A stretch of DNA of 64,000 nucleotides from the NCBI GenBank assembly GCA_949298505.1, contig CASFWW010000020.1:15914-79913 (forward strand), in the 5' to 3' direction. The translations under genes and the position numbers were made by a program. The notes beneath the pieces were generated by a model, which was given only the letters and a program-made list of their open reading frames with translations, had not been told where the DNA came from and did no database searches. Shown piece by piece: positions 1-7,701 of the stretch (position 1 is the first letter of the stretch; every line of letters starts with the position of its first letter). Source of the stretch: an uncultured Christensenella sp. (lineage in GTDB: Bacteria; Bacillota; Clostridia; Christensenellales; UBA3700).

Positions 1-1804
1 CGGGAGACGCGTTTTCAGCAGAGTCCGTCGCCTCCGCAGTCTGAGTCTGACCGCTTTCTGCGGCTTGCGTCTGCTCGCTTTCTGCGGCTTGAGCCTCGTT
101 TTGCGCGCCCTCCTGAGGAGCGGTATTTTGCGCGCCGTCCGCGGTCGCCGCGTTGTCTGCGCCTGCGCCTTCAGAAGGACTTTCAGTCGCGTCTGCCGCG
201 CCCTTTCCGCCGCCTCTCAGCGCTTCAGACATCGGCATTACGGAGAGGTCCTCGACTTCTCCGAGATCCTCCTCCGGAGCGCGTTCTTCTGTTTCCGAAG
301 CGATGGTTTCCTTCTTCTCGCGCATTTCTTTTTCAAGTTTTTCAAGGCGCTTTATGTCGCGTTCACGCTGTTTTTCAAGCGATTCTCTCTCTTTTTCCGC
401 CATCTTTTCTTTCTTGGCGAGAGAACGTTCGAGCGCCTGTTTTTCCTTTTCCATTTCTTTGAGCATTCTTTCCTGCTCTATCTCTTTCTGGCGGTATCTG
501 ATCTGAGCGACGTCCGACTTTTTCTTTGCGCGCAAAGTGCTCTCGTTGATCAGCACGCGGTCGATCGCCTTGTTGATACGCGCGATCTGCGCCCTGTCCA
601 CCTTGCCGTCCGTCTGCTGGAACAGATTCCTGAGTTCCGCCACACCGAATTCGTCGGGGAGTTCTTCCTCCTCTTCCTCTTTCTCCTCTTCTTTGCTTTC
701 TTCCTGTTCCTCTGTTTCTTCCGGAGAAGGCGTTTCGACTGTTTCGGGAGCCGGTTCTTTTCCCTCTCCCTCTTTATCTCCTTCTTTCTCGCCTTCTTTT
801 TCGCCCTCTTTCTCCTTGTCTTCTTCTTTTTCCTTTTCAGGCTCTTCCTCTTCAGTGATATTGGATTCGTCGAAGAACAGAGAATCGTCCACCTTGGATT
901 TTACGAGCCCTTCCATCAGCGAATTGCAGATGAACATCATGTCTCCGACGGCAGTTTCCACACCTTCGTCGACAGCCATTTTTTCACTGGAATTTTCCAC
1001 CGAAAAGCCCATCTTGGAATAGCTCTCAATGAACTGCCACAGCACGAGCGCCTTTTTGAAGTCGGGGTTTTTCAGGATCACGTTGGTACGCGTGATAGGC
1101 GGTCTGACCGGCGCGCTGTTGACCATCTGCTTGGCGAACGGCGAAGACAGAAAGTCTGAGATTATGCGCTGAAGTTTGGACACTCTCTCCACGATCTTCA
1201 GATCTGCTCCCTGAATTTCCTCCTCTACGTCGGACGGCACAGAGCCGATCAGCTCCAGATTGTAAAACACGCGCGTCTTGCCCATATAGAAGTTGGCGTC
1301 CACGTCCAGCTCCAGGATATTGTCGTTGATGTACGCCTTTTTTATTGCGTCCATACGGCGCGAAATGAAGTTGGACAAGTTCTTGAGCAGAGTGTATATA
1401 AAGCGGTTTTCGTATATCTCGTAACTTTCCTCTTTTGTCGTATTCAGAATCCTGTTGGGTGTGACGTTGCCCTCTTTGTCCACGCTCGCTATCATGTTGG
1501 TATGCTGAGCGAGGTGCTTTACCGATTCCGTCGAAATGGCGCGCGCAAGCGAAATATCGACGATATCTTCTTCGATAACGATAAATTTCCTCGGATTTCT
1601 GACGATGTTGTCAAGGCTGGTTATGCACGATTCGATCATCTCGATCCAGTCTGTCTCAAACTGCTTGGTCCTGCTCTTTTTCGCGAGTCTGAACTGCGGT
1701 TTGGACGCGCGCAGTCTGCGCCTGAACGTCTGATAAAACTCGTCCGAACGCAACAGCGCGTTTATTCTTTCGACGTAACCGTCAAATTTCTCTCTGTCGT
1801 CCAT
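1..1804 (-). CDS. McrC-like protein (McrC/DUF2357-type N-terminal domain followed by poly-Glu and coiled-coil region); partial, 3' end lies beyond the left window edge
   Basis: Absent from the ORF track because it has no stop in the window. I read the minus frame by hand (codons on plus positions = 2 mod 3) from ATG 1804-1802 down to position 2 and found no in-phase TTA/CTA/TCA. RBS GGAGAAAGG lies 3 nt before the ATG, 22 nt after the upstream stop. The product starts MDDREKFDGYVERINALLRSDEF. At aa ~126-141, EESYEIYENRFIYTLL resembles the McrC N-domain motif (E. coli McrC NEDTLANRIIKSTL) at a similar distance from the N-terminus. From aa ~330 it is EEEEPEKEKEEDKEKEGEKEGEKEG, then KEIEQERMLKEMEKEKQALERSLAKKEK. 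The coding call is firm; the family call is motif-level only. Confidence 0.6.
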   Translation of the reverse strand, partial: MDDREKFDGYVERINALLRSDEFYQTFRRRLRASKPQFRLAKKSRTKQFETDWIEMIESCITSLDNIVRNPRKFIVIEEDIVDISLARAISTESVKHLAQHTNMIASVDKEGNVTPNRILNTTKEESYEIYENRFIYTLLKNLSNFISRRMDAIKKAYINDNILELDVDANFYMGKTRVFYNLELIGSVPSDVEEEIQGADLKIVERVSKLQRIISDFLSSPFAKQMVNSAPVRPPITRTNVILKNPDFKKALVLWQFIESYSKMGFSVENSSEKMAVDEGVETAVGDMMFICNSLMEGLVKSKVDDSLFFDESNITEEEEPEKEKEEDKEKEGEKEGEKEGDKEGEGKEPAPETVETPSPEETEEQEESKEEEKEEEEEELPDEFGVAELRNLFQQTDGKVDRAQIARINKAIDRVLINESTLRAKKKSDVAQIRYRQKEIEQERMLKEMEKEKQALERSLAKKEKMAEKERESLEKQRERDIKRLEKLEKEMREKKETIASETEERAPEEDLGEVEDLSVMPMSEALRGGGKGAADATESPSEGAGADNAATADGAQNTAPQEGAQNEAQAAESEQTQAAESGQTQTAEATDSAENASP

Positions 1805-1826
1805 ATGCCTTTCTCCGCTTCAGCCG

Positions 1827-3170
1827 TTATTCTGAAGCCTTTTTCCCTGTCCCGGTTTTCGCTTTCGCCGCTGAAGTCGCGGGTTTGCCCGCCGCCGGTT
1901 TTGTTTCAGTCTTCTTTGCCGCAGTCTTCTTTTCTGCCGTCTTACCGGTAGCCGCGCTCTTTTTTGCGGGTTTCTTTTCTGCCGTCTTATCGGTAGTCGC
2001 GCTCTTTTTTACGGTCTTCTTTGCCGCCGGTTTTTTCACTTTTTCAGCCGGTTTTTCCTCCGCCTTTTCTTCAGACGCCTCTGCGTTTTCCGCTTCGGGC
2101 GCGGACTGTTCCTCGGGTACGCCTGAAATTTCTTCAGCAGGCGCAGTCCCCTCTGCGGAAACAGGCTCTTCTGTGGGCGCGACCACTTCAATGGTCACGG
2201 ATTCTGTGCTCTCCGTTTCTTCAACTACGTCGCCGTTTTGCGGTTCTTCCGCGCTCTGAACGGCATTTTCAGCCGGTTCAGCCTCTTTTTTCTCATCGGG
2301 GTTCAGCGCCTCTGCGGGCGTGCCTGTCTCATTTTCAGAAACCTGCTCTGCACTCACGTCCGGCTGTGCCGTAACGGGCGCGGTTTCAGTTGTTGTTCCG
2401 GGCGCGGTTTCCTGCGCGGTTTCCGGTTTTTCGCTTGCCTGCTGTGCGTTCTGAGAACGCAGATATTCCTCGATCGCACGGCGTTTTATCTCCTCTTCGT
2501 CAAGCGGAGTGACCCCGGAAGCAGACTCCGCGGCAAGTTGTTCTCTCTGCTTTTTCAGCTTCGCTTCTATTATTATGCGCACTACGAGGTATGCGTTGTA
2601 AAGAAGCAGAAGTATCAGCGGGAGCATTATCACAAGAAAGAAATGAGTGGGATCCTGAAGCCAGAACACGGCTTTGCCCACGCCGGCAAGCTTGCCGAGA
2701 TAAATGCCCTGAATGTCGCCGGAATACAACGTTTTCGTGATTCCCGAAGTTTCGGCGTCGCCCATGGTCTCTATTACCTTGACGACCGAGCCGTTTGTCA
2801 GCTCTGTCTCTTCCACGGAAACGACGCGGTGAGTCACGAACTGAAGATCTGCCCCGACGTAATCGAGGTATGTGACGATATCTCCCACTTTGAGTTCTGC
2901 TTTATCCTTTTCGGTAGCCTTCTTGACGATTATCAGATCTCCGGCAGCAAAGCTGTCGTCTTTATCGCCGTTCATACTGTCAGTCAGGACGGGCATCAGC
3001 CTGATCGACGAATCGCCGAAATCCGTGTTGCTTTCATAGCCTGTCGACAACAGGATGGATATTGAAAAAGCGATTGCGACGACCACGATCGCGATCTGAA
3101 GCACGATCAGAGCGATGTTGACCGCCTTTTTTGTTTTGCTTGCCTTGGCATCGGTATTTTTTTTAGACAT
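1827..3170 (-). CDS. SipW-type (S26B) signal peptidase I with a long low-complexity C-terminal tail
   Basis: The track ORF is 1827..3200 (non-ATG start); the first in-frame ATG is at 3170 (MSKKNTDAK). It has an N-terminal TM (AVNIALIVLQIAIVVVAIAFSISILL). Peptidase boxes are VLTDSM (Ser), GDLIIVKK, FVTHRVV (His) and TMGDAE (Asp). A second TM (FFLVIMLPLILLLLYNAYLVV) follows, as in SipW. Then comes a ~230-aa tail: an acidic E/P/A/T-rich part followed by Lys/Ala repeats (KPAEKVKKPAAKKTVKKSATTDKTAEKKPAKKSAATGKTAEKKTAAKK). Confidence 0.75.
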   Translation of the reverse strand: MSKKNTDAKASKTKKAVNIALIVLQIAIVVVAIAFSISILLSTGYESNTDFGDSSIRLMPVLTDSMNGDKDDSFAAGDLIIVKKATEKDKAELKVGDIVTYLDYVGADLQFVTHRVVSVEETELTNGSVVKVIETMGDAETSGITKTLYSGDIQGIYLGKLAGVGKAVFWLQDPTHFFLVIMLPLILLLLYNAYLVVRIIIEAKLKKQREQLAAESASGVTPLDEEEIKRRAIEEYLRSQNAQQASEKPETAQETAPGTTTETAPVTAQPDVSAEQVSENETGTPAEALNPDEKKEAEPAENAVQSAEEPQNGDVVEETESTESVTIEVVAPTEEPVSAEGTAPAEEISGVPEEQSAPEAENAEASEEKAEEKPAEKVKKPAAKKTVKKSATTDKTAEKKPAKKSAATGKTAEKKTAAKKTETKPAAGKPATSAAKAKTGTGKKASE

Positions 3171-3243
3171 ATTTCTTCCTTTTTCGGCATAAGCCGACAA
3201 ATTTTTCTGTTTTACACCGCCGGAACGCGCGTTTTAACGCATA

Positions 3244-4779
3244 TCAGAACAGTTTCTTGAGTCTTTGTAGGTACTCTTTGCTCTCGCCCATATTTTCTTC
3301 TCCGAACAGTTCCGAGAGGTAATCGCAAAGGCCGTCGATCTCGTCGCGGATGAAGCCGAGGTTGAGTGACTCGAACTTTCTCAGGATCTTGTTGCACAGC
3401 ACGTAGTCTATGCCGTCGATCTCGGTGCCGCCGCAGGCGACGTAAGACGGAACGAACTCCTTAAGCTGTTTGACGATACGGTTACCGAACGCAAGCCTGA
3501 AGTGTTCGATGACGTAATCGTCGAGGGTATTTATCTTGTCGATGACTTCCTGAGAGACCTTGTGCTCTTCCTGCGCGATCTTGAACATATTCTCGACGTG
3601 CTTGAACGAGACGTACAGCTTGTCTGTATCCGGCGCGTCGAAAGGCACGCCTTTTGTATTTATGTTGATCGGGATGGCACGGTCGTAGACCTTATCCGAA
3701 ATGGCGAACGTCGAGTCGTCGTTGTTCGCGGTGCCGATGAACCACATGTTCTGAGGGAGAGTGAATCTGCCCTTCACAACGTGTTTGGGGTCGTTCGGCC
3801 AGCCGCTGGGAACGAGGTCGACGATCCAGTTGTCGCGTGACGGCATTTCGAGAATTGAAAGCATTTCTGCGAAATAGTACTCGACACGCGCGATGTTCAT
3901 TTCGTCGAGGACGGTTATGTAGATGTTTTCGTTCCAGGTCGCTTCGTACATCTTCTTGAGAACCTCGGTCTCGTTGAAGCGCTTGGTAAATTCGTTGAAG
4001 TAACCGAAAAGCTCGGTACGGTCACGCCAGGACGGCTGAACTGAAGCGATCGTCGCCGGGTTGTCCAGGAACTGACCGGTAGCGTAAGCAAGCGAGGTCT
4101 TACCTGTACCTGAAATACCTTGCAGGATGAGGAGTCTCGTGGTGGACATTCCCGCCCAGAACAGACGGATGATGCGCGGCTCGTAGTAAAGGCGGAGCCT
4201 GCTTGCCGCGAAATTGCGGAAGCGGTCGCATATCTCAGCGAGCGTGATCTCGTTGTCATAAGCAGGGGGCGTGTAGTTTTCATAGATCTGATCGACTTCA
4301 GTGAGCTTGAAGAAGCGGCTTTCGCCCTCTTTGAGTTTTTTCTCGTCGGCGTTTTCTTCTTCTCCCTCTTCAGTCTCCAGTCCTTCAAGGAACGCGTCGC
4401 CTTCCGCGCCGGTAACGCGCATGCGGAGGATCCTGTCCTTTTCCTGAGTGAGCTTGAGTATCTGTTTTTTAAGATTGTGGATCTCGTCAAGCAGATCCTG
4501 GTTGATGACCGGCTTTTTGAAGCGTTTCACGAGGCGGATCGTAAACCAGACGATCACCCATATCAACGCGGCGAGGATGGCGATGACAAGAATGGCGATG
4601 AGCACTGCGAGTATCCATTCGCCTGCGCCCCATCCGTTGGCGTTGACCCAGAAAGCGTCGTAGTATGCCGGGAAATTGAACATCTGAAAGATGCCGCCGA
4701 AAATGCCGACGAAAATCTGAGAGATGCCTCCCCACAGTACGCCCAGAAACGCTTTGATGAAATTTAACATGTTGTCCAT
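3244..4779 (-). CDS. Membrane-anchored McrB-like AAA+ GTPase
   Basis: Two predicted N-terminal TM helices (FLGVLWGGISQIFVGIFGGIF; WILAVLIAILVIAILAALIWVIVWFTI) are followed by RLVKRFKK and a short coiled coil. The AAA+ core has Walker A GISGTGKTS, Walker B VLDEMNIARVEYYFAE, and the McrB-type NxxD signature FIGTANNDDSTFAISDKVYDRA (compare McrB TMNTADRS). The start is 15 nt after the upstream stop. Confidence 0.8.
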   Translation of the reverse strand: MDNMLNFIKAFLGVLWGGISQIFVGIFGGIFQMFNFPAYYDAFWVNANGWGAGEWILAVLIAILVIAILAALIWVIVWFTIRLVKRFKKPVINQDLLDEIHNLKKQILKLTQEKDRILRMRVTGAEGDAFLEGLETEEGEEENADEKKLKEGESRFFKLTEVDQIYENYTPPAYDNEITLAEICDRFRNFAASRLRLYYEPRIIRLFWAGMSTTRLLILQGISGTGKTSLAYATGQFLDNPATIASVQPSWRDRTELFGYFNEFTKRFNETEVLKKMYEATWNENIYITVLDEMNIARVEYYFAEMLSILEMPSRDNWIVDLVPSGWPNDPKHVVKGRFTLPQNMWFIGTANNDDSTFAISDKVYDRAIPININTKGVPFDAPDTDKLYVSFKHVENMFKIAQEEHKVSQEVIDKINTLDDYVIEHFRLAFGNRIVKQLKEFVPSYVACGGTEIDGIDYVLCNKILRKFESLNLGFIRDEIDGLCDYLSELFGEENMGESKEYLQRLKKLF

Positions 4780-4794
4780 AGACTTCCCCTCATC

Positions 4795-5625
4795 TTACGG
4801 TTTTATCGCGTCCACCTGAGTGACGCGGAAGTTGTATTCAAAATTGACTTTTGCGCCTATTATTGCGTCTATGCAATCGCTGTCAGACCCTTCAAGCCAG
4901 ATCAGCACGGTATACTTCTTTATCTCGTCCACGGCGAGAAACACGTCGGGCGACTCAAAAACGGTGATGTTGTTGTCCTGAGGTTCGTCAGTCGAAAACG
5001 GCGTGGTGACGTTGGTGCCGAGAAGTTCGTCAAGCTTACTACTCCCGAGCGGCAAAGGCTGTTGAGTCTCCTTGTCGTCAGAGTCGTAAGCGATATATTC
5101 GGGAGTGCCGTCGGAGCGGGAGACCGCATAGCAGGTCGCCTTTTCTTCATCCTCAACGATCACGATCCTGACCGCTCTTTCAATGTCTTTAGACACATAA
5201 TTGAGCACTATGGAATTTTTGAAAAGGATGTCGCTGTCGCCGACGTTTTTCAGGAAAAAGCTGAAAGCGATATAGTTGTCTCCGTGATGATCGCCCTCTT
5301 TGCCGAGCACTTCGTCTTTATAGATCCAGTCATACGTGATGTTGGAGATCTCGTCCGGTCCGTCCATTCTGAGCACGGTCGCGGGAGAAGAAAAATCTGC
5401 CGTTTTGCAGACGGAGATGTCGCCGACGTTGCTCTTGTCAACGACCACTCTCATGCTGTTTGCGTCAATGAAAGCGATCGTGCCCCAGGTGGCGCCGGTG
5501 AGCAGAAGCGCGATGATCAGAAAAATGATTATGACGGTCGTGGCGGTACGCCTTCTGCTTGCCGCACGTATCTTCTGATTTTTGATGATCTCGTCCTGTT
5601 TAGGCTTTGTAAACTCTCTTCCCAT
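4795..5625 (-). CDS. TasA/TapA-like membrane or secreted protein with SipW-type signal anchor
   Basis: It has a basic N-terminus, then one TM ending LLLTGATWGTIAFIDANS, close to the TasA signal end GGGTWAAFND. The C-terminal VLIWLEGSDSDC..GAKVNFEYNF parallels CVLYIWYDGTVV..GTVTFNLSF of the 5901..6848 protein, a paralogy seen by eye. AGGA lies 7 nt upstream of the ATG. Confidence 0.6.
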   Translation of the reverse strand: MGREFTKPKQDEIIKNQKIRAASRRRTATTVIIIFLIIALLLTGATWGTIAFIDANSMRVVVDKSNVGDISVCKTADFSSPATVLRMDGPDEISNITYDWIYKDEVLGKEGDHHGDNYIAFSFFLKNVGDSDILFKNSIVLNYVSKDIERAVRIVIVEDEEKATCYAVSRSDGTPEYIAYDSDDKETQQPLPLGSSKLDELLGTNVTTPFSTDEPQDNNITVFESPDVFLAVDEIKKYTVLIWLEGSDSDCIDAIIGAKVNFEYNFRVTQVDAIKP

Positions 5626-5720
5626 TCCCTTATCCTATGCGACCGGCGATGTAGCCATGAAGCTGAGATATTAATATGCGCACTGAAAAGACGTGCTCGC
5701 ATACGGTCGCATATATAAAT

Positions 5721-5749
5721 ATTATATTATATGATTTTAGCCGTGTCAA
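5721..5749 (-). promoter_or_regulatory. Sigma-A-type promoter for the 5625..<1 operon
   Basis: On the minus strand: TTGACA (5749-5744), a 17-nt spacer, then TATAAT (5726-5721). This is a perfect consensus, about 95 nt upstream of ATG 5625. Confidence 0.7.
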
Positions 5750-5758
5750 TAGCAAAAG

Positions 5759-5860
5759 TAAAAAAATAAGCGCAAAAATTGCGCTGAAAACGGGAATTTT
5801 TTCCAAAAAGCGCCTTTTAAGGCGCTCAAAAACCCCACCCCGGTTTCGGGGTGAGGTTTG
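5759..5860 (-). terminator. Three tandem rho-independent terminators after the TasA-like gene
   Basis: Read on the minus strand directly after the stop at 5901, there are three stem-loops, each followed by a T-run: CCTCACCCCG-AAAC-CGGGGTGGGG+TTTTT; GAGCGCC-TTAAAA-GGCGC+TTTTT; CAGCGCAA-TTTT-TGCGC+TTATTTTTTT. Confidence 0.75.
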
Positions 5861-5900
5861 ATTGGTCTTAACCGATTTGTTTCAGTAACGATCAGTCGCC

Positions 5901-6848
5901 TCAGTCTGATGCTTCAAGATTGGTACCTGCAAAGGACAGATTGAACGTAACGGTACCGCTGGAAGTCGTATTGTTTACCACAGTGCCGTCATACCAGATG
6001 TAAAGCACACAATCATACTGTCTAGAAGATGTAGCCTTGAAGGTGATCGTGCTTGCAACGCTGGTGTTGGTGGTCGAGATCGTGGAATTGTCAGCTACGG
6101 CAACGATCTCTGTTGCTGTCGCCACATTGTCAGCTCCGGTCGCCGTGATGCCTGCGTCTACATAGTCTGCGGTGCCGATAGTTCCTTGAGCAGGCGTTTT
6201 GCTGTCAATCAGATACTTATAATTCGTTGCAAAAACAAAGTCCTGAGCGGCTACACCAGCAGCACCGTTGCCTTTGCCGATCATAACGAATCTGAATGCT
6301 TTTGCCGCGTCAAGGTCTGCACGGGACGGACCTGCGGGAACGCTTACCGTAGCGGTGATGGTCACCTGCGTTTTGTCATAGGTGGGTGCGAGCAGGAATC
6401 TGACAGCAACAGGATGCAGACCGAAACCGTCGCTAGGAACGGTAGCGCTTCCGCTTGTTTGCTGATTATCTGCATAAAGGAACGTTACGCTGGGAAGACC
6501 GTTGGTACCGTCAAATTCAGTGCCGGCTATCTTATTTTCCGGAAGCAACGGATTGTAACCGGTTACCGCGCCCGGAGTACCGGAAATCGCCTTGCCTACG
6601 TTAGTCGTCCATTCGTAATCGCCCGAATAAGTTCCCATAGCCCATTCGGCAACCGGGGTTGCCTCATAGTTTTTCTCAACCGTGCTCCACCTGTAAACGT
6701 CCGCACCTGAACCGCTTGTCGCAACTGCAAATTCATTGGTGATATTCGCAGCCTGAGACGTCGAGAACCATGCGAAAGTCGCTGTGGTCAACGCAACTAC
6801 GATCACGAGCACGGTAGCTATTGTTGTAATTACCAAACTCTTTTTCAT
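5901..6848 (-). CDS. TasA/CalY-like secreted protein with SipW-cognate-type signal peptide
   Basis: The N-terminus MKKSLVITTIATVLVIVVALTTATFAWFSTSQ ends like SipW-dependent signals (CalY TFAYFSD, TasA TWAAFND). The mature part is T/S/G/A/V-rich. AAGGAG lies upstream of the ATG. Confidence 0.65.
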   Translation of the reverse strand: MKKSLVITTIATVLVIVVALTTATFAWFSTSQAANITNEFAVATSGSGADVYRWSTVEKNYEATPVAEWAMGTYSGDYEWTTNVGKAISGTPGAVTGYNPLLPENKIAGTEFDGTNGLPSVTFLYADNQQTSGSATVPSDGFGLHPVAVRFLLAPTYDKTQVTITATVSVPAGPSRADLDAAKAFRFVMIGKGNGAAGVAAQDFVFATNYKYLIDSKTPAQGTIGTADYVDAGITATGADNVATATEIVAVADNSTISTTNTSVASTITFKATSSRQYDCVLYIWYDGTVVNNTTSSGTVTFNLSFAGTNLEASD

Positions 6849-6928
6849 AATTTTACTCTCCTTATCTTTTTAGATTTGATATTGTTTTTGTTTTGTGCCC
6901 TTATGTCACGCCTTGCGGCGCTTAGTTC

Positions 6929-7618
6929 TTATTGATCGGCTTTTCCCAGCAGGGTCTCAAGCTTCTTTTTGGGTTTGGCGAACGCACTGCCGCTGAACAC
7001 CATGACCCCCTCTTTCCCGAACAGATCAACGTTGTTTTTGTTGACGACGTTGCCGAGAACGAGTTTTATGCCCTTCTGACCCGCGAGGTTCGCGAAGATC
7101 GAAAGAAGGGAAAAATTGCTCTGATTGTAATAGCGGTAGTCAAGCAGAAAATATTCAGGCACATACTTTGCTATTACGTCCATCGGAGCGCGCTCGATGC
7201 CCTCTATCATGATATGAGCTCCGCGCTTGGTCAAGAAGTTCAGACCCAGGCGGCTGTTCCTTTCGCCGAAGGCTTCAAGCTGAAAGATGTCAAAACACAG
7301 CACCAGGTTGTCTTTCAGAAGACCGGCAAGCCTGTGCACGTTGCCCTCTGCCAACAGGCGACTGCTCACCTTGTAGATGAACTTCGCGGCAGGATATTTT
7401 TCAGAATCTTCTTCGAATTGTGTGAGAGCGAGGAAATTGAGAGTTTCGATGCGGGAACTCGTCTGCGCCGCCGGGACGTACTGCCACGGATATAAAACGC
7501 CGAGCACATCGTCTTCAAGAATCTGCCAGACTTCGATGAATTCCGTCTTGCCTTCCCCGTCAAAGTAGGGCATGTAGCAATAAGAAACGGGTTTCTTGAC
7601 GGTAGCCGCTTTTCCCAT
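6929..7618 (-). CDS. Degenerate EAL-like domain protein
   Basis: The track ORF runs to 7747, but a promoter lies inside that extension. ATG 7618 (MGKAATVKK) follows AGGAGG. The spacing of blocks fits an EAL fold with the catalytic residues replaced. FIEVWQIL stands for EAL. GAHIMIEGIE..YFLLDYRYY stands for G..ialDDFGtG....lKiD. KLVLGNVVNKNN..VFSGSAFAKP stands for vvAEGVEt....QGy.fskP. Confidence 0.5.
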   Translation of the reverse strand: MGKAATVKKPVSYCYMPYFDGEGKTEFIEVWQILEDDVLGVLYPWQYVPAAQTSSRIETLNFLALTQFEEDSEKYPAAKFIYKVSSRLLAEGNVHRLAGLLKDNLVLCFDIFQLEAFGERNSRLGLNFLTKRGAHIMIEGIERAPMDVIAKYVPEYFLLDYRYYNQSNFSLLSIFANLAGQKGIKLVLGNVVNKNNVDLFGKEGVMVFSGSAFAKPKKKLETLLGKADQ

Positions 7619-7672
7619 ACGGCAAATTTGCCTCCTTACCACACAACGCGAGAAAACTCGCCTTATACTGTT

Positions 7673-7701
7673 ATGATATACGCATCGATAAAGGTTGTCA
7701 A
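7673..7701 (-). promoter_or_regulatory. Putative promoter of the EAL-like gene
   Basis: On the minus strand: TTGACA (7701-7696), 17 nt, then TATCAT (7678-7673), about 55 nt upstream of ATG 7618. Confidence 0.55.

Noticed and set aside
65-1159. Long plus-strand ORFs (65..1159, 153..506, 537..1022) with F/L/S/R-rich low-complexity products
   Set aside because: They are antisense shadows of the Glu/Lys-rich minus-strand gene <1..1804, which has an RBS, operon context and a recognisable N-terminal domain. The plus products have no start context and implausible composition.
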